From assembly GCA_963422375.2 (NCBI GenBank), contig OY729428.2:1600001-1664000 (forward strand): a DNA stretch of 64,000 nt, written 5' to 3'. Each line of letters begins with the position of its first letter. The first letter of the stretch is position 1. Source of the DNA: Bryobacterales bacterium. GTDB lineage: Bacteria; Acidobacteriota; Terriglobia; Bryobacterales; UBA6623. The notes beneath the pieces are model-generated. The model saw nothing but the letters and a program-made list of their open reading frames with translations. It had not been told where the DNA came from and did not search any database. Of this stretch, positions 29,111-39,127 are shown in pieces. A program made the translations under genes and the position numbers.

Positions 29111-29140
29111 AGTGTACACGACTGCAATATGGCCTGTCAA
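29111..29140 (-). promoter_or_regulatory. Sigma70-type promoter for the M23 gene
   Basis: Minus-strand TTGACA-N18-TACACT. Confidence 0.7.
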
Positions 29141-29211
29141 CAGGGATTTTTCCGACCTTTTCGCGTGGACCGCCCGCAGTGCGTGCGGATCTGAAGGCGC
29201 GGGAGGTCTGA

Positions 29212-30147
29212 ATGGGAACGGAACGCCGCCTGATCGCGGCGATCGAGGATTTGTGGGCGGGCAGGACCGCTCCCGCCGTTGGGGTGGCCCGCGGCGACGA
29301 CTGCGCGATTCTCGCTCGCGCCGCTGCTGGCGAGGACCTCCTGCTCACGGTCGACCAGGTCGTGGAGAACCGGCATTTCGCGCGGGGCCGGCACCCGGCC
29401 GGGGCCGTGGGACGCACCGCCCTCGTGCGCTCGCTGAGCGATATCGCGTCGATGGGCGGCCGCCCGCTCTGCTTCCTGCAAACGGTCTGCCTGCCGGCCT
29501 GGGCGATCGGCGCGTGGCACGACTCCTTCCAGGAAGGGATGCGCGAGGCTGCCGATCTCGCCGGAGTGGAGGACCTGGCGCTGGCGGGAGGCGATGTCGC
29601 CGGGGGCGACCTTTTCGTCGCGACGACCACCGTTGTCGGCAGGGTCGAGTCCGGCACGGCCCTCAGGCGCGCCGGGGCGCGCCCGGGCGATCTCCTGTGC
29701 GTGTCCGGGACGCTCGGGGGATCCGCCCTGGGCCTGGATGCCCTCCTCGGGGCCGAGCGCCCAGACCTGTCCGCGGACGCCGCGAAGCGCCATTGCGAGC
29801 CGGTCCCCCGCATCGCTCTAGGCCGGGTCCTGCGCGAGGTTCCCGCATCGGCGGCGATCGACATCAGCGACGGACTGGCGATCGACGCGAATCGGCTGGC
29901 CTCCGCCAGCGGCGTTTGCCTGGTGATCGATCCGACGGCCGTGCCCCTGTTCCCGGGCTCGACAGCGGACCAGGCCATGCGCTCGGGCGAGGAGTACGAG
30001 CTGCTGTTCGCGCTGCCTCCGGGAGCGCGTGTTCGCGCTCGGGAGGAATTCGCGGTGATCGGGCGCGTCGAGCGGGGCACGGGCGTTTGGCTGGAGTCGG
30101 GAGGGGCGCGTGCCCCCCTTCGACCCGAGGGGCATTCCCACTTCTGA
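29212..30147 (+). CDS. thiL: Thiamine-phosphate kinase
   Basis: GDDCA, LSDIASMGG, GGD, RRAGARPGD, IDISDGL, GEEYELL. Confidence 0.95.
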   Translation: MGTERRLIAAIEDLWAGRTAPAVGVARGDDCAILARAAAGEDLLLTVDQVVENRHFARGRHPAGAVGRTALVRSLSDIASMGGRPLCFLQTVCLPAWAIGAWHDSFQEGMREAADLAGVEDLALAGGDVAGGDLFVATTTVVGRVESGTALRRAGARPGDLLCVSGTLGGSALGLDALLGAERPDLSADAAKRHCEPVPRIALGRVLREVPASAAIDISDGLAIDANRLASASGVCLVIDPTAVPLFPGSTADQAMRSGEEYELLFALPPGARVRAREEFAVIGRVERGTGVWLESGGARAPLRPEGHSHF

Positions 30148-30160
30148 GGCGGCCGCCCTG

Positions 30161-31633
30161 CTACACCTCGAGGAGGGCGTCGATGTCGGGTGCCAGCTCG
30201 CGTCGCGGCGTCAGCAGCGAGACCCACACGAATACGGCAGTCGATGCGAGCAGCGCGACCGCTCCGACGGCGAGGCCGGGCGGAAGCAGCGGGTAGCCGT
30301 GACGCGCGGAGACTTCGAGCGCGAAATTCAGCGCGACGCTGGTTGCGATCGAGGCGACGCAAGCTTGCGCCGTGGCCCGCTTCCAGTTCATGCCGATGCA
30401 GACGCTCGGCACGATCGCGGCGGCGAAGGTGCCCCAGCCGAACGTCCCGAGCAGGGCGATCAGGTTCTGCATGTACAGCGCGAACAGCGCCGACACCAGC
30501 AGGAGGACGCCCGTCGCGAGGCGCGACCAGAACAATTCGTTGCGGACCGGCCTGCCCCGCAGCGCGATCGGCACGTCCCGCACGATGGCCGCCGCCCCGA
30601 GATTCAGGAAAGAGTCCGCCGTCGACATGATCGCGGCCAGCAGACCCGCGAAGACGATGCCCGCGAGCAGTTCGGGCGTGTAGTGCAGAAGGAACGCGGG
30701 CGCGGCCAGATCCGGGTTGTCCAGCGCGGGATACTCGCCACGCTCGACCAAGGTTCGCATCGCCAAGCCGATGCCCATCCACAGCATCGCCAGAACGATG
30801 TAGCTCGCTCCCGTGGCAAGCGCGCTCCATTTCAGCTGGCGGATGTCCTTGAGCATCATCAGCTTCGTGATCGCGTGCGGCTGGCCGGCGGCTCCGATGC
30901 CGAAGAGCAGCATCCAGCTCATCGCCGCCATGTCCCCGCGGGTCCCCCACGGCCCGATATAGTCCGGATCCATCGCCCAGAGCGTCTCGCTCATCGCCTG
31001 CATGCCGCCCCCGGCCTCGAGGCATTGCAGCAGCACGGCGATGGCGGCGCCGAGCATGATCAGTCCCTGGAACAGGTCGGTGTACACGCCCGCGACGATT
31101 CCCCCGGCGATGGAGTAGAACGCGAGCACGCCGAGCCCCAGTCCGAGCGCGGGGAGGATCTCGATTCCCAGCACCGCTTGCAGCACCGTGCCGATCGCGA
31201 GCACCTGCGTGCCTAGGTACCCGAGGACGCCGAGGACGATGGCGATGCTCAGCGACAGGGCCGGCCAGCGCCCTCCGTAGCGCGCCGACACCGCTTCCGG
31301 AAGCGTCAGGATGGGACGCACGTCTACGAGCAGGCGTAGTCGCTTGCCTGTCAGCATGATCATCGCGGGTAGGCTGAACGTCGCGACGAGGACCATCCAC
31401 AGCGAACTCGAGCCCGACTCGTAGACGAGGCCCGGCCCCCCCACGAATCCGAACCCGCTCATGACGCTCGAAATCGTGGCCATGACGACCACCAGCGGGC
31501 CGAGCGACTTGCCGGCCAGAAAGAAATCGGCTGCCGAGGAGGTGCGCCGCATGGCCCACGTGCCGACGGCCGCGCAAGCGGCCAAGTAGACCGCGACGCA
31601 GGCTAGGATGATCTGGGAATCGGCCGCCGGCAC
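30161..31633 (-). CDS. Sodium:solute symporter (PutP-like)
   Basis: FFLAGKSLG, MSGFGFVGGPG, GVYTDLFQG, GQPH, AAIMSTADS. Confidence 0.93.
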   Translation of the reverse strand: MPAADSQIILACVAVYLAACAAVGTWAMRRTSSAADFFLAGKSLGPLVVVMATISSVMSGFGFVGGPGLVYESGSSSLWMVLVATFSLPAMIMLTGKRLRLLVDVRPILTLPEAVSARYGGRWPALSLSIAIVLGVLGYLGTQVLAIGTVLQAVLGIEILPALGLGLGVLAFYSIAGGIVAGVYTDLFQGLIMLGAAIAVLLQCLEAGGGMQAMSETLWAMDPDYIGPWGTRGDMAAMSWMLLFGIGAAGQPHAITKLMMLKDIRQLKWSALATGASYIVLAMLWMGIGLAMRTLVERGEYPALDNPDLAAPAFLLHYTPELLAGIVFAGLLAAIMSTADSFLNLGAAAIVRDVPIALRGRPVRNELFWSRLATGVLLLVSALFALYMQNLIALLGTFGWGTFAAAIVPSVCIGMNWKRATAQACVASIATSVALNFALEVSARHGYPLLPPGLAVGAVALLASTAVFVWVSLLTPRRELAPDIDALLEV

Positions 31634-31647
31634 GAATGCCTTGGTCT

Positions 31648-32055
31648 CTATTCGCCGCCGAAGCGTCCTAGGAACGCGTCCTGCCTGTCCCGCGGGAGCA
31701 CTTCCCGGTCGAACGAGAGGCCGTAGAGGACGCCGAGGACCGCGCCGAGGGGCGTGGTGCCGTAGACTAGCATCGCCGTGCCCGCGGGGAATCCGCCGAC
31801 TAGGAACAGCTCCCCCGCGGGGTCGTGCGTTGCGTAGGCAAGCCCGAGCAGGCCGCAGAACGTTGCCGCCCAGATGCCCACGACAGCGTAAGTGAGCCGA
31901 GAGGTCCTTCCGGGCGATCTCAAGCCCAAGGCCCCGAGCGTCGCCGTCAAGGCCGCCGCCAGCATGCCGAGGAGGGCGGCCTGGCCGGCCAGCGCCGCGA
32001 CCAGGGCGACCGAGCAGATTACCGCGCTGGCGACCGGAAGCCTCGCCTCGCTCAC
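31648..32055 (-). CDS. Small multi-TM membrane protein coupled to sulfatase/SSS operon
   Basis: GTG start overlaps the sulfatase stop, GGAG RBS, hydrophobic sequence VSEARLPVASAV..GFPAGTA..YG. Confidence 0.75.
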   Translation of the reverse strand: MSEARLPVASAVICSVALVAALAGQAALLGMLAAALTATLGALGLRSPGRTSRLTYAVVGIWAATFCGLLGLAYATHDPAGELFLVGGFPAGTAMLVYGTTPLGAVLGVLYGLSFDREVLPRDRQDAFLGRFGGE

Positions 32056-33500
32056 CTCCAAGGAGCTTCCCTTTCGGCTAGGGCGGCGTATGCGTCGGTG
32101 TACGTGCCTGCCATGCGCTCCTCCCAGGCCGCCGCGATGGCAGGATCCTCGGGCTCCTCGCCGTGGTCGCCGGTCTGCTGGATCCAGAGATCGAGCACCG
32201 AGGACATCTTGGTCAGTGTCTGCATATGTTCGACCGCGGCTGCCAGATTGCGCAGCTCGTCGGGATCCTCCGCGGTGTCGTAGAGCTCTTCCTCCGGGCG
32301 CGCGCGGGCTAGGAAGGGGAATTCCTCTGCCGTGATGCTGCCTGCCCGCTCGAGTCGCTGCATCTGCCGCCAGATCGGGTACGAGACCTCCTTGTAGCGG
32401 TTCAGCTGCATGTAGGGGCGCTCGGGATGGTAGTTCCTGATGTACTTGAAGCGCTTGTCGCGAACCGCTCGGATGCGATCCACGGTCTCGTCGCAGCGGT
32501 CGCGTGCGGCGAAGACGTACTCCCGGTCGGGCATCTTGCCCGGCCCGAGGAACACGCGCCCTTCCATGTGCTCGGGGACCTCGATGCCGGCGATCGCGAG
32601 GGAGGTGGCCGAGATGTCGATGCCGCTCACCAGCTCGTCGCGCTCGCTGCCCGGTTCCAGCGTTCCGGGCCAGCGGACGATCAGCGGGACACGGATGCCC
32701 CCGTCGTAGAGGAACTGCTTGTCCCTCGGCATCGGGCGCCCGTGGTCGCCGAAGAAAATCACCACCGTCCGATCTGCCAAGCCGTCCTCGTCGATGCGGT
32801 CGAGCACGCGGCCGACCTTCTCGTCGAGCAGCCTCACTGCGTCCAGGTAGCCCGCCCAGTCCGCTCTGGAAACCTCGTCCTGGGGGTAGTACCGAGGCGG
32901 CTCGACGGCGGCCGGATCCGTCGGCTCCAGCTTCCCCTCGGTGAAAGCCCACACGTCGGGTGGCCGCCCCCGGTGCGGCTCGAAGATGTTGACCTGGGCG
33001 TAGAACGGCTGGCCCGGCCCGCGGTCGCGCCAGTCGGACCCGTCGAACGGCTTCCCGTGCTTGAAATTGAAGTCGGTCTTGTTGCGCCCGCCCAGCCCGC
33101 TTTCGTGATCGTTCGACGTGAAGTAGCCGGCTTCGCGGAAGTAGTCCGTGATGAGCCGCACGGGAGCGGGCAGCTCGTAGCCGTCGCCGCGGTGGCTCCG
33201 GTGCGCGTGCGCGCCGATGCTGGTCTGGTACATCCCCGTGATCAGAGCGGACCGCGAGGGCGAGCATACCGGGCAGGTCACGTAGGCGTTGGTGAACCGA
33301 GCTCCCTCGGAAGCCAGCCGGTCGATGTTGGGCGTGCTGACGTCCCGCCTGCCGTAGCAGGACAGGTCTGCCGAGAGGTCGTCGGCGACGATCCAGACCA
33401 CGTTCCACCGTTCCGGCCCGGCGTCGGCGCAGCCGGACATCACCCCCGCGACGGATCCCGCTGCCAAGGCGCCCACGAAATCCCTGCGGGTGCCAGTCAT
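32052..33500 (-). CDS. Tat-exported (possibly lipoprotein) sulfatase
   Basis: TRRDFV signal with SGC, ADD, CSPSRSALITG, GDHG, RDRCDE. Confidence 0.94.
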   Translation of the reverse strand: MTGTRRDFVGALAAGSVAGVMSGCADAGPERWNVVWIVADDLSADLSCYGRRDVSTPNIDRLASEGARFTNAYVTCPVCSPSRSALITGMYQTSIGAHAHRSHRGDGYELPAPVRLITDYFREAGYFTSNDHESGLGGRNKTDFNFKHGKPFDGSDWRDRGPGQPFYAQVNIFEPHRGRPPDVWAFTEGKLEPTDPAAVEPPRYYPQDEVSRADWAGYLDAVRLLDEKVGRVLDRIDEDGLADRTVVIFFGDHGRPMPRDKQFLYDGGIRVPLIVRWPGTLEPGSERDELVSGIDISATSLAIAGIEVPEHMEGRVFLGPGKMPDREYVFAARDRCDETVDRIRAVRDKRFKYIRNYHPERPYMQLNRYKEVSYPIWRQMQRLERAGSITAEEFPFLARARPEEELYDTAEDPDELRNLAAAVEHMQTLTKMSSVLDLWIQQTGDHGEEPEDPAIAAAWEERMAGTYTDAYAALAEREAPWR

Positions 33501-33537
33501 GGTTGCCTCGTGGAATGTCGTGCGTCGTCGGCTCGCG

Positions 33538-34932
33538 TCATGGATTCCGAATATTGTATAGGAAAGTGAACTGCAGCCGGATGTCCCCGCCGAGATACTC
33601 GCCGGGCAGCGGAGGGAACGGGTTGGATGCGCTGATGCCGGCCACTGCCGCCCGGTCGAGGGCCGAGGACCCGGAGCTCTTCGCGATGACGAGCTTCGGC
33701 ACGGCCCCGCCGCGGGCGACCGAGAACTGAATCAGCGTGCGGCCCTGGCTCATGCCGAGGCGCGCGCTCTCGGGTATCACGGCCAGCCAGTTTCGCCGGA
33801 CCGCGGCCAGCAATTGGGTGAGGTACGGCCGGAAATCCACTCCGCGGGGATCGCTCAGCAGCTCGAGGCGGCTGCCGGAATGGGAGGGTCTCGACGGTAG
33901 CCGGGCCGGCGAGGCAATACCCCCGGCGCCGTCGCCCACGGCCTGCCTCGGACCGCCGTCGCGAATCATCTGCTGGATGGCGCCCTGCACCATTTGGCCG
34001 GGGCGAGCGGCGAGCTCCAGAGCGCCCAGCTGCGGGCTGCCCTGATGGCTCGGCATCCGGGCCCTGGGGTCCTCCAGCTGCAGCGCCGCTCGCTTGCGCG
34101 AAGGGGCCTTGGGCATCGGCAACAGCCTCGGGTCACGGTCCAAGGCGAGCTCCGGTCCCTGTCGGAACTCCCCCGGGGAGGGGCTCTGCGCCACTGGTGG
34201 CTCCGCAACCTCCGGCTCCGCTGCCTCCGCGAGAGCCGGCGGCTCCTCGGACGGCCCCGGCTCTTCCGTCTCGACCGGCTGCGCGACCGGCTCGGGAGCG
34301 GGCCTCTCCTGCTCGGGAGCGGGCGGAGCGTCGAGGGCTGGCTCGGGCACGGGAGGAGGCGTGATCGACGGCTGCTGCATCCCGCGGAAGCCCCCTTCGC
34401 CGTCGCCCGGCACCTTGGATTCGCCGCGCAGAGGCGGCAGATCGTCCAGCGGCGGAGCGATCAGAGTGATGCGCAGCGAGTTCCAGTCGGCCGGCTCTGA
34501 CACGTCGAGCTGCATCACGCGCGGTGTGAACAGGAGTGCTAGGACCACCGCATGCGCCGCTACGGAGAGGGCCGTCGACTGCACGCGCCACGCGTGGGAT
34601 CGCTGGCCCCGCCAGTCCGTTTCCAAGCGCAGGGGCGTTCTCGTGTCCGGCGCCCACCCTTCGCTTCCGCGAGCCTCGCTGAAGCGCTTCCACGGGTCGA
34701 AGCGCGCCGCATCGAATTCGGGCGCCGGCTCGTCCGGGCGCACCCGAAGCGGCAAGGCAGGGTGGCGGGAAGACTGCCAGCGCAGCCGCGCCTCGAAGCT
34801 GCGCGCCTCCAGCCAGAGCGGGTGCTCGCTCGGCGCGAGCCGCGAGGCACTGGAGCCCGAGGCGCGCCTCGACACGCTCCTGCCGTAGTCGTCCAGCAGG
34901 AGGAGCAGCTCCTTGTTGTCCCGGTCCTGCAA
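33538..34932 (-). CDS. TonB-family protein (TM anchor, Pro/Glu-rich linker, TonB C-terminal domain)
   Basis: SVAAH anchor, GVDFRPYL..VRRNW, SSG..LDRAA..FPPLP. Confidence 0.85.
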   Translation of the reverse strand: MQDRDNKELLLLLDDYGRSVSRRASGSSASRLAPSEHPLWLEARSFEARLRWQSSRHPALPLRVRPDEPAPEFDAARFDPWKRFSEARGSEGWAPDTRTPLRLETDWRGQRSHAWRVQSTALSVAAHAVVLALLFTPRVMQLDVSEPADWNSLRITLIAPPLDDLPPLRGESKVPGDGEGGFRGMQQPSITPPPVPEPALDAPPAPEQERPAPEPVAQPVETEEPGPSEEPPALAEAAEPEVAEPPVAQSPSPGEFRQGPELALDRDPRLLPMPKAPSRKRAALQLEDPRARMPSHQGSPQLGALELAARPGQMVQGAIQQMIRDGGPRQAVGDGAGGIASPARLPSRPSHSGSRLELLSDPRGVDFRPYLTQLLAAVRRNWLAVIPESARLGMSQGRTLIQFSVARGGAVPKLVIAKSSGSSALDRAAVAGISASNPFPPLPGEYLGGDIRLQFTFLYNIRNP

Positions 34933-34933
34933 G

Positions 34934-35899
34934 TTAAGCTCGGGCGGCTAGGGTCCTCGCGACCACTTGCGAATGCTCGTCGATCGCCTGCCTTATTCTA
35001 AGTGCCAGACGCAGCGTCTCGAGTCCGTCCCGCCCGCTCACTCGCGGGCGCGAGCGCTCGCGCACGCAGGCCAGGAAGGACTTCAGCTGGCGCTCTAGCG
35101 GTTCCGCGTCCGGCGGCGCCAGGGGACGCGCTCGGATTCGATTCGCCTCGTCCAGCGCGATGCGCACGCCCCGGCGGCGGATGTAGTCGATCGAGACGTA
35201 TTCCCTGGGCTGGAAGAAGCGCAGCTTGCGGACACGCTCCGTCGATACGCGGCTTGCCGTTAGGTTGGCGACGCAGCCGTTCCGGAACTGGATGCGGGCG
35301 TTGGCAATGTCGGTGCGGTCGGACACGACCGACATTCCGCTCGCGTCCACGCGGGCGGCCTCCGCATCGACGAGGCTCCGCACCACGTCGAGATCGTGAA
35401 TCATCAGGTCCAGCACCACGTCGACGTCGAGGCTGCGCGGGGTGAACGGGCTGAGGCGGTGGACTTCAAAGAAGAGCGGCAGCGTGGCGGCCGCCGCGGC
35501 GGCCTCGACCGCGGGGTTGAAGCGCTCCAGGTGGCCGACCTGCAGCAGGCGGCCCTGCGCGGCCGCCGTCTCGGCGAGCTCCTCGGCCGAGGCGGCGTCC
35601 GGTGCCAGCGGCTTCTCCACCAGGATGTCGACGCCCTGCCGCACCAGGGCGAGCCCCACGCTGGCGTGTTGCGCGGTGGGTACCGCGACGCTTGCCGCCT
35701 GCACGCCGGCTGAGAGGCCCTCGAGTGACGTGCGGGCGTCGCAGCCGAACTCGGCCGCGACTCGCTCGGCGCGATCACCGTCGCGGTCGACGACCGCCAC
35801 GAGCGCGGCCTCCGGCAGGTCGGCGTAGACGCGGGCGTGCTGCCTCCCGAAGGCGCCGACGCCGACGACAGCGACCCGGATGGGCTGCCTGCAGCGCAC
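34934..35899 (-). CDS. Gfo/Idh/MocA oxidoreductase (GnnA-like UDP-GlcNAc 3-dehydrogenase)
   Basis: VVGVGAFG..HAR, VEKP, VGHLERFNPA, LDLMIHDLD, LTASRVS. Confidence 0.85.
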   Translation of the reverse strand: MRCRQPIRVAVVGVGAFGRQHARVYADLPEAALVAVVDRDGDRAERVAAEFGCDARTSLEGLSAGVQAASVAVPTAQHASVGLALVRQGVDILVEKPLAPDAASAEELAETAAAQGRLLQVGHLERFNPAVEAAAAAATLPLFFEVHRLSPFTPRSLDVDVVLDLMIHDLDVVRSLVDAEAARVDASGMSVVSDRTDIANARIQFRNGCVANLTASRVSTERVRKLRFFQPREYVSIDYIRRRGVRIALDEANRIRARPLAPPDAEPLERQLKSFLACVRERSRPRVSGRDGLETLRLALRIRQAIDEHSQVVARTLAARA

Positions 35900-35903
35900 G
35901 CCG

Positions 35904-37370
35904 CTACTCGGCTGGACTCGTGCGCAGGTCGTAGGCCGCCATCTCGGTCTGGTTCCGCACCAAGAGGATTCCGTCGGACAGTGCCGGGACATTCCATGTC
36001 TTGCCCGGAATCGACTCGAAGCGCACGATCTCGCGATATTCCTCGGGAGTCGCTTCGACGAGCGCGAGGTCGCCTTCCTCGCTGACCACGATCAAGTGGC
36101 CCTGCGCGAGCAAGAGCTGCCCGAAGCGGTAGCGACCATTCTTCCAGAGCCGCTCGCCGGTGCGCACGTCGACCGCCGCCAAGATGCCCTCGTCAAGCCC
36201 GTACACGACGCCGTCCGCCAGCACGGAGGGATTGAACTTGTTCTTCATGGTGCGACTGAACCAGACCTGCTCGACCGCGAAGCCGTCGCCCTCGGCAGAG
36301 ACCTTCAGCAGGCTGGCGCCGTGGCCGTAGCCGGAAGAGACGAATACGTGGCTGTCGTCGACCGCGAGCGGCTGGGCGCAGTTCGCGTCGTAGCTGGTCT
36401 TCCACCCGACGCTCCAGAGTTCCGATCCGTCCTCCAGCGAGGCTCCCAGCACCTTGGTGCCGTTCACGATCAGCAGCTGCCGTCGCCCGGCCAGCGTCGC
36501 GACCTGGGGCGACACGTATCCGGCCTTGTCGCCGAGAGCGGACCAGAGGACGTCGCCGGTCACGCTGTCGTAGGCGAAGATCGACTTGCCGTTACGGCCC
36601 CCGGGAACGGTCACCACCATTCCGTCGACCACAAGCGGCGCGCCGGCCATGCCCCAGGTCAGATTCTCGGCCTCGGCGTCGCGCAGAATGTTGCGCTTCC
36701 AGAGGAGCTCCCCGTTCGCGGCATCCAGGCATACGAGGTGACCGCCGGCTCCAAGCGCGTAGAGGCGGCCATCGGACCAGGTCGGGGTCGCCCTTGGGCC
36801 GTCGCCGCCCATGGACTCGCTGAATCGCGCGTCCCACGCGTGCTCCCAGACCTGCCGCCCGTCGGCCAGCGCGTACGCCGCCGCCACCTCGCGGTCGCGC
36901 CGCTGCTCGATCGTGTACACGAGGCCGTTCGCCACGACCATCGAGGCGTAGCCTCCGCCCACCTGCTGGCGCCACAGCTCCGGCGGGCCCTCCTGCGGCC
37001 AGTCTAGGTCGAGGGGCGTCTGGTCGTAGCGCCCCGCGCGCCCGGGCCCGCGGTACTCTGTCCAGTAGTTCCGGAGGCCCGCGCCGGGGGCTTCCTCCGT
37101 TGCGGCAGGCTTCGCCATCGCCGCACCGGCCGAGGCGAGCTGCTCCCTTGAAGGATGCCCTTGAGCGGCTGCCTCCCGCCGTCGGTCCTCCTCGATCTCG
37201 CGCTGGCGGCTCTCGGCGTCGACGTACTCGACCACAATGCTCCGCCCTGACCCGGCCAGTCCGATCGTTGCGCCGGACGCCTGCAGGTACAGGAAGACCG
37301 CACCCGCCACGCCGGCTACGATGCAGAGGATGTATAGGCCCGCTCGGATAGCCGGCTTCGCGATAGCCAT
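35904..37370 (-). CDS. PQQ-binding-like beta-propeller protein
   Basis: W..YRGP, GPRATP, repeated LDA..GELLW motifs. Confidence 0.9.
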   Translation of the reverse strand: MAIAKPAIRAGLYILCIVAGVAGAVFLYLQASGATIGLAGSGRSIVVEYVDAESRQREIEEDRRREAAAQGHPSREQLASAGAAMAKPAATEEAPGAGLRNYWTEYRGPGRAGRYDQTPLDLDWPQEGPPELWRQQVGGGYASMVVANGLVYTIEQRRDREVAAAYALADGRQVWEHAWDARFSESMGGDGPRATPTWSDGRLYALGAGGHLVCLDAANGELLWKRNILRDAEAENLTWGMAGAPLVVDGMVVTVPGGRNGKSIFAYDSVTGDVLWSALGDKAGYVSPQVATLAGRRQLLIVNGTKVLGASLEDGSELWSVGWKTSYDANCAQPLAVDDSHVFVSSGYGHGASLLKVSAEGDGFAVEQVWFSRTMKNKFNPSVLADGVVYGLDEGILAAVDVRTGERLWKNGRYRFGQLLLAQGHLIVVSEEGDLALVEATPEEYREIVRFESIPGKTWNVPALSDGILLVRNQTEMAAYDLRTSPAE

Positions 37371-37417
37371 GGTGATATCAACTCCCTGTCGGGCCGCTCG
37401 GTCCCGCTGGTCCTAGC

Positions 37418-39073
37418 CTAGCGAACGTACCGCTGGGCGATCGGGAATCGGCGTCCCATGCCGAACGCCTTCGACGTCACGCGCAGCCCCGGGGCAGCCT
37501 GCTGGCGCTTGTACTCGTTGCTTTCGACCCTTCGCGCGATGTCACGGACCAAGTCGAGCGGCTGCGCCAGCCGGTCCGCGATCTCGGCGGCCGACAGGTT
37601 CTCCTCGACGTAGAGCCGCAGGATCGGATCGAGGCTCTCGTAGGGGGGCAGGGAATCGGAATCCCTCTGGTCCGGGCGTAGCTCCGCGGAGGGGGGCTTG
37701 GTCAGGACGGACCGGGGAATTGCACCTGGACGGCGCCGGTTCCCGACCCCGGCCAGCTTGTAGGCCAGGGTCTTGGGGACGTCGCTGATCACGGCGAGGC
37801 CGCCGCACATGTCGCCGTAGATCGTGCAGTAGCCCACCGCCAGCTCGCTCTTGTTCCCGGTGGTGAGCACCATGCAGTCGAACTTGTTCGAAAGCGCCAT
37901 CAGCACGACTCCGCGGAGGCGCGCCTGCAGGTTCTCCTCGGTCACGTCCGGAGGCGCGTCGGCGAAGGCCCGCGCCAGCTGGCGTTCAAACGCCTCGAAG
38001 GCCGGCACGATGCCGATCGTCTCGAACCGGATCCCGAGCGCCCGGGCCGTGTGCCGGGCGTCGGCGAGGCTCCCGGCCGACGAGTACGGGCCGGGCATTG
38101 CGACCCCTGTGACGTTGTCGGGTCCAAGCGCCTCGGCGGCAATCAACACCGTGAGCGATGAGTCGATGCCGCCGCTCAGCCCTACGATGGCCTTGCGGAA
38201 TCCGCACTTCGTGACGTAGTCGCGCGTCCCGGTCACCAAGGCGTCGAAGACGGCCTCGACCTCGTCGCTGCCGGTCGCCGCCCAGTCCGTTCCGTGCCGG
38301 TCGCCCCCGCCGTCGGTGTCCCAGAAAACGAGATCCTCGCGGAACGAGTCGGCGCGCGCGCACACATTCCCGTCGGCGGCGATGGCGAAGCTCGCCCCGT
38401 CGAAGACCAGCTGGTCGTTGCCGCCGACTTGGTTGACGAGGACGGCGGGGACGCTGTGACGCGCGGCAGCGGCGCGCAGCAGCTCGAGGCGGAAGCCCCG
38501 CTTGCCCATGTGGTACGGCGACGCGGAGACGTTGACCAGCAGGTCGATGCCTTGCGCGGCCAGTTCTTCCACGGGATCTCTCGAGTACCGGGACCGCTCC
38601 CAGAACTGCTTGTCGTTCCAAGCGTCCTCGCAGATCGTGAAGCCGACCCGCACGGACCCGAGAGTCCACGAGCGGGGACGGTCGCCCGGCGCGAAGTAGC
38701 GCGATTCGTCGAACACGTCGTAGGTCGGCAGGAGCAGCTTGCGGGTTCGCAATTCCACCCTGCCATGGCGGATGCACGCTAGGCAGTTCGCCGCCTTGCC
38801 GCCTTGGTCCGCGACGCCGCAGTAGCCGACCGCCAAGGCCGTCCGCAGGCCCTTGGTCCGCTCCGCGAGCCATAGCAGGCGCGATTCGTTCGCCTCGAGG
38901 TACCCGGCCGTCTCGACCAAGTCGAGCGGAGGGTATCCGCTGACGGACAGTTCGGGGAAGACGACCAAGTCCGCCCCGGCCGCCTCCGCGCGTTCCGCAT
39001 AGCGCAGGATCCGCTGGCCGTTCGCGTCGAGGTCGCCCACGGTGGGATTGACCTGGGCCAGTGCCAGCTTCAT
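37418..39073 (-). CDS. nadE: Glutamine-dependent NAD+ synthetase
   Basis: Nitrilase domain (FPEL, K..LP.YDVFDE, ICED) plus GLSGGIDS, ENLQAR, TGNKSE, PPSAELRPDQ. Confidence 0.97.
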   Translation of the reverse strand: MKLALAQVNPTVGDLDANGQRILRYAERAEAAGADLVVFPELSVSGYPPLDLVETAGYLEANESRLLWLAERTKGLRTALAVGYCGVADQGGKAANCLACIRHGRVELRTRKLLLPTYDVFDESRYFAPGDRPRSWTLGSVRVGFTICEDAWNDKQFWERSRYSRDPVEELAAQGIDLLVNVSASPYHMGKRGFRLELLRAAAARHSVPAVLVNQVGGNDQLVFDGASFAIAADGNVCARADSFREDLVFWDTDGGGDRHGTDWAATGSDEVEAVFDALVTGTRDYVTKCGFRKAIVGLSGGIDSSLTVLIAAEALGPDNVTGVAMPGPYSSAGSLADARHTARALGIRFETIGIVPAFEAFERQLARAFADAPPDVTEENLQARLRGVVLMALSNKFDCMVLTTGNKSELAVGYCTIYGDMCGGLAVISDVPKTLAYKLAGVGNRRRPGAIPRSVLTKPPSAELRPDQRDSDSLPPYESLDPILRLYVEENLSAAEIADRLAQPLDLVRDIARRVESNEYKRQQAAPGLRVTSKAFGMGRRFPIAQRYVR

Positions 39074-39127
39074 CGCGCTCCTTCCGCACTGTAGCGAGGC
39101 GGCTCGCGGGCAGCGAGGGATGAGCGC

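Noticed and set aside
28488..31577. 1029-aa minus-strand ORF and many similar Arg/Pro/Gly-rich ORFs
   Set aside because: GC shadow frames overlapping well-supported genes (M23, thiL, SSS).
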